Part shown: one piece after another, positions 1-11,489 of the stretch
How the letters are laid out: every line of letters begins with the position of its first letter
Numbering within the stretch: position 1 is the first letter of the stretch
Assembly: GCA_051294375.1 (NCBI GenBank)
Contig: CM119270.1
Location: 4,332,301 to 4,396,300, forward strand
Direction: 5' to 3'
DNA from: Paraspadella gotoi
Lineage: Eukaryota > Animalia > Chaetognatha
Length of the DNA stretch: 64,000 bases
Position numbers and translations under genes: made by a program
The notes under the pieces: model-generated
What the model saw: only the letters and a program-made list of their open reading frames with translations
Database searches by the model: none
Told to the model about the DNA's origin: nothing

Positions 1-381
1 CAAACGGAAGTGAGACACGCAAGACAACGAAGAGTGACAACTGTAATAATAAATAGATAATGTAATTAGTCACCTTAAAACAGGATGCTAAGACATACAA
101 ACTGTTAAACTCTTGGGGGAACAAAATGACATTTTATTACGCAGAATAATAGTTCTATATTATATATTATAATTGTATATAATATTTATGTTCAAAGTAA
201 AACAGATTGTGGGAGATTAAAGGTAAAGATTAATGGTAGAGGGCGCGGAACTGACCAGTGACCAAGTAAAAGAGAGAGAGAGAGAGAGAGAGAGATTCAG
301 TCGGCTTCTCTTGCGACCGTTTCTTAGAAATTAAATCCTTCCACACCCCCTGTACATATTTTTCTCAAACCCCTTCCACAG

Positions 382-3300
382 CCCTTCGCGTCGGACCCGG
401 CGCCATCTACGCCCACGCCAACTACATCGGGTTCCACGGTCCGTCGTTGGCGCGGAAGGAGGCGCTGACGGCGTCGTCGACGGCGTCGCGCGGCTACTCG
501 GCGCGGCACGCCCGTCAACCGCTCGCCCAAGTCAACACCTTCAAGGTCGAATGCGTCGAGGTTTTAGTTTTTGTTATTGTTTTTTCATATCATCGGTTTT
601 TTTTTTTTAGTTTTGTTTCGTTTTATTTTTATTTTTTAATTTTGTTTTAAAAGGAAATTTTCTGCATTTGCTCGTAACATAATCGAAAAACTCGACGCAT
701 ACAAATTATTTATTTCGATAGTCGAATTTAAATCCATTATGTTATCGAGAAAAAAAAAGATAACGAAATGTTTTTTTTTTGTTCTTTTCATCAACGCATT
801 TGAAATCTTTAATTCGTACGTATGTATAAAGGTATAAATTCATAAACGAACTTAAAACCGAAGCTTTTCGTTTAAATCTCTCAACCCAAATCGTAAAAAA
901 GACCTCAACGCTCCTGCCTCTTGAACTTCTCCTTCTCGCAGTTTCCATTTCCTTTGTTTACTTTCTTTTGTTTACGTTCGATCGCGAACTTCGGTTGGAC
1001 TTTTTTTTTTTTCGAATTAGAGTCCCACCGCTGCCGCCGCCGGCAGGGCCGCCGCCGCCGCCCCGCCGCTCTCCGGCTTCCGAGCAGAAAATTCAAATTA
1101 TCCCGCGTTTTACGCTTCTCCCGTGACGGCGACTCATTCCAACAGGTAAGCCACACTCGATTGGGAGAGAGGAAGAGGGTTGGAGGGTGGAGGATGGTGT
1201 CGGGGGGGGGTTGGTGAGGTTGGTAGAGGCTAATGAATCGGGATCGGCTTTGGACGGTGGCAAATGTATCATGGGTGCGAAACGAGATAACGTAGAGAGA
1301 AAGTGGTGAAATCATTTTGGGACGACGAAATGGAAGAGACTTGGGGAAATAAGTACGTAAAAAATTTGGTACAACCAAATTAAAAATTATTCATTCAATC
1401 AACACTTAAGCTATCTTGTCCCCGACTTTGGACAGGTCCTGGTAGTTTAAGATCTCTATCCCTCTTACTGAATAACAACAGAGCAGAACCGTGCAAGCTT
1501 TCATTCAAGCTTTCTAAAAGTGCTTGGCTTCCCCATCAATGAAGCTTTATAATGTTTCTATGAACTGTTTCGATTGTAAGAAAAAAAAAACAAGGAATAA
1601 ACGTTAGTATGAAATTGATATAACCAATAAACAATAATATATTATTATTGTAAAACAGTTTGGAGAGAGAGGGTAAACAGAGAGAGAAATTGTGAATAAC
1701 AGAATTGAAGGCCGAAAAAAAAAGACTAAGTAAGTAAAGATCTAACGGGCGTATTTTGTGGTGATAATGAGAGTGTGCTGAGCGTAATCTCGATCTGCCT
1801 TCTAGAAAAAAAAAGTTAAAAACTGGTGACGAGGGACAAAAAAATCTCCATTTGGTTCCTCGCTTACATCTGGGTCCCGTTGCTATCGGTTCGGCGGTGG
1901 CCGTTGCTGAGGCGGCGGCGGCGTCATCGGCGGGGGCAGCAGTGGCGGTGGAGGCGTCAGCGGCTGCGCAGCTGTGACGGTGGCGGCGGAGGTACGGCGG
2001 CGGGGGCAGCGGTGGCGGTTGCTCATAAGGCTCTGTCGGCGCCTACTTTGTTTACCAACAAACAGACGTACGAGATGAAAACAAAAATTTTACTAAATTC
2101 TACTAAATTACTATATTGTGGCGGTATATTTTCACCGCCTCACCACCAGCTTCATTCAGCCAATCCCATTGGCTCAGAGGGGGAACACACCATCCCAAGG
2201 GTTGCGTTTCATCCAGTCCTAGCGACCGCCCTCTCACTCTGTGTTGCCAAAGCGGGTAACCGCATCAGTGACAGGCGGCGCCACTGACGGTCGGAAGCCT
2301 TTCAAGCCAACAGTTAGATGCACCATCCCAATGGGTATCACAGGCAACTTGGCTGTTGCTATAATAATTAAACTAAATTTTGATCTGCCTCTTTCTCTTG
2401 TTTATGTAATAATTGTTATTTAAATTTCGAAACACTATTTAAGTATTTATGCGAGTAAAAATTTGGCTGATGTAATTTTTTTTTTAATCGGTGAAAAAAT
2501 ATGAAAGAGGAGTGACAATAAAATCGACTGTGGATTGAAAATATAGTTTGTTGAAAAGTAGTGAGAGAAATTTTTGTATTTTATTGTTATTACATTGTAC
2601 GGTTTTTAGTTCAATGGTTTGACATACAATTTTTTCTTTGTGAGAAGTTTAGAACTCATCGTAGGATTCGTAGTTTTTGTGAATGAGGGTTTATATTTTT
2701 ATAATATTATATTATTACAAGATTTACAACACATTTATATTTATCATAAGTTTAAAATTATTGTTAAATAATTTGAGAAATCATAAGAATTCTTCTTTAA
2801 TAATCTATCTAAAATTTATAGTCGATAAACGTAAGTTTTGTGGAAGACCACGACATAGAGAGTAGGGAGACATTTTTATTATGTATGAGGTAAAACATTG
2901 AAGAGACATAACATAGTGAATATGTTGAAACATAGGCAATAACATGTGTACAGTTCGAGGGTTGAAACGGTTGTGTCTCTCGTGGCTACGGCCACAAGGA
3001 AGAAATCGGTTGAAGCCGGGACGACGAGACCAATGACCGGAGTTCTGAGGTCATGTGTGTCGTTGAGGGAAAAGAGAGAGAGAGTCGAGGTAACTCGGCC
3101 TCAGTTTCTTAAGCCATGTTCATTGTTCAATGTCCATAGTCCAATGTCCATGTTCATTGTCAAATGTTCGACTTATGAGCCCTTTACATCCGAGACAAGA
3201 GCTTCAGATTCATAATCCGCGGCCTCCTTTTCCTTTTCCACGTCGTCGCGCCCATCCACGACCTTCTTGAGCGAGATGGCGACACGGCGCCGAATATGAG

Positions 3301-5536
3301 CGCCGCTCCTCCAATTCCCAACGCGTCCGGCGTCTCTTTGGCGAAGACGAACGAAAACAAGTAAGAGATGGGAATCTCGAGAGTGGCGAAGACGGCGATG
3401 ACGTCGCCGCTGACGCCGCGGGACGCGAAGACGAAGCAGAGCCGCATGAGGATATCTAAGACGCCGACCAGCGCCGCCCCAACGTGTCAAGAACGCCCCA
3501 ATCGAGAATGGGCGATCGCGTCCCGGAAGCGGCCCGCCACGCCCACCCGACGACGACGACGAAGACGGCGACGAAGGAGAAATTGATGTGGTAGAGACTC
3601 CAATGAACGCCGCTTGTTGGATGACTTGAGTGCCCAGGATGCCGTAGGCGTGGCTGAAGGATACCACCAGCGCCATCAGGATAGAAAATCTGGTGTCGTC
3701 GTGATCCTCGTCGTCGGCGTCGTCGTCGCCAAAGATAAATCTCGGCTTGCTGATGAGAACGGCGCGGGCGAGACACGCGAGAACGGACCGGCGACGACCG
3801 GATCCGGCAGTTTCCGGCGCGCCACGCCAACGTCAGCGTCACCCAAACTACGGCGAGATTCCAACAGCGTCAGCGCGTCTCCGGTCATCCCGCGACTAAC
3901 GGCCAAACACGAAGGGCTTAAAGGGCGGTCTTCGAAACCGGGTGCCGTTACGAGGTTGAGGCGTTGCCATGCCGATAACGGCGCCTCGGCGTCCCGGCCG
4001 AGGGGCGACTTCCGGAAGATGAAAGCCAAGATGCCGGAGAAGAAGCTGGCAGAGATGGTCATGGAGGAGAGGGAAGTCAACCAATCGAGTTTGAGACAAA
4101 CGTCGACCAAAACGTAGATGTAGCACCAACAAAAGGTCATCGACATGAGTAATGAAATATCGATGGGATTCATGGCGGAGTGGCGAAAGCGTCGCCGCTG
4201 CTGTGGCGTAATTTGAGGGCAGGGTTGCTCGGATGGCAGCGTCGTCCAAAGCTCCGACGTCAATGGCTTTTATTGGAAACAAACATTTTTATTTTTATTT
4301 CGAAAACTAAAACTAAAACGTAATTACTAATTACTATTTTCAGTTACTGTCTTATTACTTTATATTTGGTTTGACAGTTTCAATGAATAAAGTTAATAAA
4401 GTCAATCAAAAGCCATTAAAGACGCCGTCGGCTGTCGTTGTCTCTAAATTAGTGGAAATAGATTTTGTATTATTTTCTCTCTTTTCGTTGCTAAGTGAAT
4501 ATTAGGAATTGTTTATTGTTTGCCAATACAACGATTTTTATCGTTGTATTGGCAAACAATAAACAATTCCTAATGGAAATAGATTTAAATTTATACATTT
4601 TTTAAATATTTTATACCCGTGTTTCGTTTTCCAAAAAATAAAAGTTAGTCGAAGGCTGAGAAAACTTGTTTTCCATGAAACGTGATCGGAAGGTACAGAG
4701 AATTTGGAGCACTCCCGAGAACGTGACTACGATCTCTTCCCAAAGTAATTATTTTTCAATTCTTGCTTTTCTTCAGAAAGCAAAAAGGTGAGCAACCAAA
4801 CAAACCCCCAAAAAACTTAAAATTATTAAATTGTTAGATTTACATTTTGTTTGCAATGGCCTTTTGTAGGGCGTTAATGGAAAAGAAAAATAAATATGGA
4901 TAACCTCAGAACATTCGAATGAATTTTAGACTAAATTTTGATCTACACTCTTTCTCTTGTTTATGTAATAAATTTCGAAACAATATTTATGAGAGAGAGA
5001 GTCAAAGAGAAATTTATCAAAATGTTTAACAACTATTCATAGTTTCAAAATTTAATCAAAATAAAAAGTAAGTTTTTCTTTTGCTATATATTCAATCTAA
5101 AGTAAAAATAGTTCATTGAATTTTTTTTTATCATTTCCACATCATATAATTTTCCCACTTACCTTTTGTTTTTTAATTTGGATTTATCTTCCCCTCTTCA
5201 TCGTCTACAGCTACCGCTACGCCCCTAGCGTCGGGGGACAAATCTCTCTGGACCCCAACCACCAAATATACTCAGATTATCGGTTCTTTAGCTCGACGCC
5301 CAGTTACTCGCCCAACCCTTACTCGCGGAGCGGTGAGTGGGTGGGGAAGGGGTAAGGTCTTTTTGGGGAGGCTGTGAGTCTTAAGATGGATTGGCTGAGA
5401 TTTCAAACACGGAGGAGGAGCCAAAACGAGAGTGGCCTCCGTCTCTTTATTTCCTACCAAATATTGACACTTTAAAAGGTTTTGCCAATCGACTCGTGAT
5501 TCTGTCTTACTCGCGCTTCATTATCAGATTCTTTCC

Positions 5537-5630
<94 letters not shown>

Positions 5631-7328
5631 AAGAAAGTAAAACCGATTGATTCCTGTTTGGCTCAATTTCATCCTTTTTTTTTTTGCAGCGACGCGTTAA
5701 CCCCACTGTTAACAATGATGATTAAAAAACAAATGAATTTTAAATTGAATAATTAACTTATAAATGGATTAAAGAATGAAACAATGAATTAATAAATGAA
5801 TGAATGACTGAATGACTGACAAACTGATAACAGCGACACTTCTCTCTTCCCCGCGCTTCCTCTCTTCTTCCTCTTCCACTGCCCTCAACTCATCTTCCTC
5901 TCCCCGACTGTCCCCCTTTATTCCTCCTCTTCCTAGTCTCCATCCGAGAACTCGGCAACAATAACAACAACAACAACAGCGTCAAACAGAAGAACCTCAA
6001 CTACAGCCACATCAACGGCGCCTTCCATCCTAACGCCTTCGACGGCGATCGAAGCGATCGATCTCTCGCCGGAACCTCGATCCTTCGCGGCCACGCCCAC
6101 CCCGCCCACGCCCCGCAGGTCTTCGCCATTTCCGGTTACGCCCGACCCGCGACGCCGGGAGTGATGTTTCCAGCGGGAGGGGGCTTCTACGCGGCGCCGC
6201 GTCCGACACCGCAGATGGGAACCTTTCCTTCCCCGACGCCGCAGATGGGAAGTTTCGCGGGTGCCGCGCCGCAGATGGGAACGTTCGTCTCGTCGGCGCC
6301 GAAGAGTCCGGGGAGCGTTAGGTAAGGATGTAGATAGAAAAGTGTTGTGGGCGAAGGTGGGTAATGTTGTGGACTTGGCTTTGAATGGTTGTGGACTTGG
6401 CTTTGTAAGGTGGTGATTTTAGTTGGGTTTAGCTGTTGTGAGTTTGGCTGGGTAAGCTAGTGGGTGTGGCTGAGTTAGATTATGGGTCAGACTTGGTAAT
6501 GTTTTAGATAAGGGTAAGGTTGGTTGTCTTTGGTTGTGTATGATTGGTTCGGCTTAGGTTGTCGTTACTGTCTGGCTGCGCTTGTGGGTTTGGCTGGATT
6601 TGTTTGTGGGTTTTGCACGGTTAGATAGTGAGTATGTCTGATTTTAGACGTGGGTTTGACTGGTTTTGGTAGTGTCTCGCGAGCTTTATGGTGTAGTCAG
6701 GCATTGCATTAAGTTCGCCCCGCCTATAGGCACGTAGCCTTCAGTCGTGAGTCGTGACCCGCCGGTGGCATATTGAGTAATACCATCAGCTCAGGACCAT
6801 TAGGCACTGGGATCGATCCCCAATGGTACCTACCCTGCGGTTCGTAAACCACCTTGGGGGTCTGGAAAGTCCCCAAGCCTAGGACCCGTCTCATGGCTGC
6901 TAGAGGGGGTTAAAGTAATTGCTGATAGCACTTTTCAGTCCACTTAGCGCCTTGTCCAATATCCACAATGATTAAAATCGATCAAAATATTTTTTCTATC
7001 CTCATTAAATTTTAAATTTAATTTAAATTTTAATTTTTTTTTACTCTTCTAAACGTTCGTTACCCTGTGTTAAATTATTTTCTATCGATTCCCTTTTATT
7101 TCGAATTCTCCCTCCCCCCCTATGTTTTTCAGGTCTTACCGCACGGTGCGCTCCGTTCGGTCCGAGGTCAGCGTCGTGCGGCCGACCTCGGCGATGACGT
7201 GGCGCAAGAACCGACGTTTCTTCATTCCGTTGGCGGCGACGTTGGCGCTGCTCGTCCTCTGCCTCATCCTCTTCGCCGTCCTTACTTGGGCCACCAACGT
7301 CTTCAGAAGCGGGGCAAAGGAATCTTGA
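382..7328 (+). CDS. Multi-exon gene, 5' end outside the window: low-complexity Pro/Ala/Ser/Tyr-rich protein with one C-terminal transmembrane helix (tail-anchored-like), family unknown
   Basis: Exons 382-545, 1021-1145, 5211-5332, 5937-6321 and 7133-7328 have AG/GT boundaries and matching phases (0,2,1,2). They give one open frame: ...LRVGPGAIYAHANYIGFHG...SPTAAAAGR...SYRYAPSVGG...VSIRELGNNNNNNN...PQMGT/PQMGS/PQMGT...RSYRTVRS...RKNRRFFIPLAATLALLVLCLILFAVLTWATNVFRSGAKES*. The donor at 545 (GTCGAA) is weak; 560 is an in-frame alternative. Confidence 0.85.
3173..4173 (-). CDS. Intronless EamA/DMT-superfamily transporter (SLC35G/TMEM20-like), frameshifted in this assembly (sequencing indels or pseudogene)
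   Basis: GCCATG start at 4173. Stitching frames gives about 330 aa of successive hydrophobic helices (MNPIDISLLMSMTFCWCYIYVLVDVCLK...SASFFSGILAFIF...MALVVSFSHAYGILG...AVFATLEIPISYLFSFVFAKETPDALGIGGAALIFG). The last segment matches the EamA C-terminal pattern (F-x-E-x-P...GAALI). It lies wholly within intron 1146-5210 of the + strand gene. Confidence 0.7.
4501..4574. repeat. Perfect 35-bp inverted repeat with a 4-nt loop
   Basis: 4501-4535 ATTAGGAATTGTTTATTGTTTGCCAATACAACGAT is the exact reverse complement of 4540-4574; the loop is TTTT. Confidence 0.97.
5541..5631. repeat. (GA)n microsatellite, representative of many in the window (e.g. about 17190-17297, 21070-21169, 22757-22819, 35174-35340, 43315-43450)
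   Basis: Direct dinucleotide runs. They generate the ER/SL-rich spurious ORFs in the track. Confidence 0.95.
6760..6975 (+). mobile_element. Putative tRNA-derived SINE in an intron
   Basis: A-box-like GGTGGCATATTGAG and B-box-like GGGATCGATCCCC about 45 nt apart, followed by a GC-richer body and an AT-rich end. No complete cloverleaf. Confidence 0.45.
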
Positions 7329-9837
7329 AAGGGTGAAAGGTGCCGAGGGGCTGATTGAGGAGTGGTACTTAGAACTTTTGAAGGTGAAGCAGTGTTGAGT
7401 ACTTATGAAAGAGGAGCGGCGCTAAGGAGCTTATGTAGAGTCGGAATAATTGGCGTATATTGTTGGGTAGAGAGGGCGCTTTGGCGACATATGTATCGAT
7501 GTCGACTCGGGCTTAGATTTAGCGGGGGAGCTTCTTGAAAACATAAAAAATCTAAATCTCCAGTTTTGCCAAATTTGTGGATTTAATACGTTATTTGTTA
7601 CTATTATTATTATTATTATTATTATTTTGGATTAATAATCATCTCATTTGCGTTTTTTTTTGTTTGTTTTTCGTATTTTCTAACATCGCAGGATAATGTT
7701 GCAAATAAATACTCTCAAATTAATTCGGATAAATTTATTAAATGCTGATAAAATGCAATACATATAGCCGCAATATGTACAAAACAACGGACAAGAATTA
7801 CCAATCAGAGAGACTACAGAAAAAAAAAATTTACAATTACGACTAATGACATCATCACCGCTTTAAAACTTAAATAGTATATAAACATGAACACAACAAT
7901 TGGCTATTTGAAAAAAGATGTTAATCATCCAACTGCTTCACACAGAGTCGAGATGACTCCATCAATTTTGCCAAAAACAATTGGCGCTTCTTTTTTGGGT
8001 TTTGTTAACACAAAATACAAGATCATCAGGCCACGAGCATTTTTTTTTCGAGAAAATACTTTTGTATATAATCTAGAGCACAACCTCTCAAAGACTTTTC
8101 ACGTAGAAAAATACGTTATTTCTCTTTTATTTGGGAGGGATATGGACCTAATTCATAGTTGTTACAAAAATATAAAAAAGAACATTAGTAGGTAAGAATT
8201 TATTAATCGGTTTCTAAGAATGCAAGGCTACAATAGTTAATTTTTTTTTTTTAAATTCGTTGGCCTAATCAATTGTATTTAATCTAAATAAAAGAATTTG
8301 AGAGGTTTTTTTAAAAATATAAATAAAAAAGTTTCTCTTTATAAAATTCAGAAAGACGGTGGGTTTATTGGAATGTGAATAAAAGTTTAAAACAATAAAT
8401 TTTTCTAGCAAACTTCATGCGAAAAAGGGTTTGACCACTGACCAAATTTATTCTTAAATTTCGAAAAAATACAAAAGTCTTAAAAATTACTACAACAGCA
8501 CCTTTTGAGTAATTGGCCTTGATATTTTAAAAATTAGACAAAAGCTATTTAAAAGCTAAAGGACCAAGAGCTTTTAAAGTATCGTGTGCGAAATTTGAGT
8601 AAAATCACAGAAAGAAAAAACAGAAAAAACAAAGATGAGTGTAAAAAGATAAAAAGAGAGGAAAAATCACAAATACTTTCGGGTTAGCAAACACTAGCTT
8701 ACACACCGATCAGTTGGGATCATAAAAGAAAATGTTGTGTACTGTGTTTTCAAATTTATAACTCTTAGTGCAAGTGAAATAAAGAGATAATAATCGGTTA
8801 GTAATTATTCAAATTCTTCTTTTTTTTTTCTCACGAGAGGCCATCAGATAAAGATAACCTTTGGAACGTTCATAATCGGAAAAAAACTTAAAAAATTATA
8901 TTTTTCATGAAATTTAATAGGAATGATACATTTTCTGAGAAATTTCTTACTTTTACTTCCCAATTGCTTTTCTAGTGAAAATCATTCCAGGGCGTTATAT
9001 TTACAGAGGGATTCACACACATTCTATGAGCTTTTATTGAAAATAATAAAACATTTTTTTCAAGTTGCTTTTTTTTTTATATTATTGTTGTTTGATAAAT
9101 CAATAAACAACGCGTGACAATCTCACACTAACCCGTTTAACAGTCACTTTAAACTAGCCGGCGCCGTGGCACACTTTCTCTACAGGATATGAGATGTCGT
9201 TTCTAGTTTTCTCCTTTTTTTTTGGTGGGACTTTTTCTCCATTTTTTTTTCTATGCGCAACCAGAAACGCCTTTAGAATAAAGCAAAAGAGACCAAGAGA
9301 CATTGAGACAGTAAAGAGAACGTTAAAGCAAAAAATGAAATTATCGTTATCTTTTTCGTATATTTGTTTAAGAAGAAAAAAAGGGAGACTATTTGTACAT
9401 TTGGTTAAAAAAGGGGAAAGAAGAAGAAGAAAAAGGCCGATTGTAAATAACAGATGTAACAATTGTGTAAAAGTAAAAACTACAGTACGCAAACCACTCG
9501 AAAAAAATCAAGTATTTGTCTAAGAAATAAAGAACAACAGTTGTATTTTTTTTTCTGATATAATTAGAACGGAATAATTGAGCGACCCTCTTTAGTTTGT
9601 TTTTTTTAAATTAACTATATCTCGATTTTTTTTTTTTAAGTATTGTTTTTGTTTTGTCGAGGGATCGTTTGTTTTCTTACCAATAATCTTTAGTTTTTTT
9701 TGGTGAGTTGTAAAAAACTACTATTTAAAAAAGGTATAACTAAAAAAAAAATTCTATAACGTCACGCTCTTCTGTTGTTATATTTGATGTTTAAGCCATG
9801 TTGTTTTGTTTGTAGAATTCTTGTTCTCATTTTGACG

Positions 9838-9896
9838 TCATTTTTGTTTTCTTTTGAAATAATTCCGAGATGATTGAGAGAAACCTTTTCGTCTGC
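9838..9896 (-). CDS. Candidate alternative terminal exon of the Cys/Trp-coiled-coil gene
   Basis: TTTCAG acceptor. A phase-1 join from the 11546 donor gives GRRKGFSQSSRNYFKRKQK*. Confidence 0.4.
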
Positions 9897-11489
9897 CTGA
9901 AATTAAAAACAAATTAATAGATAATTATAAAAATATAATTAAAATGTTTCTACCATTTACAGAGTTACTACTGGGAAAATATACAGTCGAGATGATATAT
10001 TTTAGGATTGGTGTCTTTTCGGTTTCGGTGGCATAATATTTCTGTATTTTATGACAATGCCTATGTCATAAAATTTTTTCTTATAAAAATATCACAGTCA
10101 TAGTCAGACCAGTGCCCTAATAATACATGCCAAACTACGTGTGTAGGAATTGCATATTATAATGGTTATTAGGGATTAGCTTAGGATTTTGTCACATGCA
10201 ATTAGAAATATTTTGAATTCGGTATTAATTTTTTTAATGTCGCATCTCAGATTAGAATCGAAAACTTCTCACCATTTATAAAAAAAAATATTTTAAATGC
10301 TATACATTTTCATATAAAAGATTTGGCAGAAAATCACAATATCACGAGAGAGTACAAATATGCATGCAGTCATTAATAAAAAAAAAACTTTATATTAAAT
10401 AAAATTTATGGGAATACAATACTCAAGACAACTCCTTGTGAAATTCTGCCAAAGTTTTTCTTTTTTGTTCGTTCCAGTACATTAATGAAGATTCGTAATC
10501 TTATATTCAATCTCGTTTGCTATCTAATTTCCTTTATTATTTGAACACTTAGACAATCCCTGGCCAATAATCACAATTCACTACTAATGACTTAGATCTA
10601 AGGGTGATTTCTTTTTCTCTGCGTGTAGTGTGATTTTCGTACCATGATCAGATCAGAGCCTTTGGGTTTCAGACTTTGCGTTTCGCGCGTTGACGGAGGA
10701 TTTGTTGTTTTTTTGTTCAATTACTCGTTTCGTTTTTTAATTTTTTTTTTTTTTTTAATGTTTTTTTTTATCTTTTCAACTGATTTCTCAGAAATGGAGT
10801 CAAAAGCGGGAAACGACCCCCGACAACGCGTCGAACAAGGCAAGAGTCATGAAACCGAGAAGAGAGAGACAGAGCGCCTCCGCCAGAGCGCGAGACGCCC
10901 TCTCGGATGAGTTTTGGGAACTTTTGAGCGCAGTTGGCACTAATAGAGAGAGATAGAGATGGAGAGAGAGAGAGAGAGAGAGGAGAAGTTGGAAAAAAGG
11001 ACATAGTTCAGGTCGTTAAGGAGGGAACGTCTGGTGATTTGGACTGGCAGATTTACAGTATCTTTTTCAATCTTACAATTTTGTTTACTTTAAGCTATTC
11101 CCGTAATCTGGGTTGTAGCAGAATAAATTGTGCCTAATAAAGTATATCATGTTACAAATCATTCTTCGTCCTCAGTATTATCATATTTTATTGTCTTATT
11201 AAGCTTAAATGCCAAGTTAGTAGAGCTACTAATTTAGTGATAAAATTGTTAAACCTTTCAGATTTATTGTCAATTTAAACGCTGGTTGATGCTAGGCATT
11301 ATATCGAAAATAAAAAAATCTATATATTTTATGTTTACATATATTCTTTTTATCATTTCTTTAACATGCAGACGTCAGTTTCTACGTGCATTTTTTATAG
11401 TAACTTTTTGACAAAAATCTTGTTAAAGCTGCGTCTACTTCTTGGATTGAAGTTAAAACATGAAATGAAACTTTTCTTCATCCTCAACA

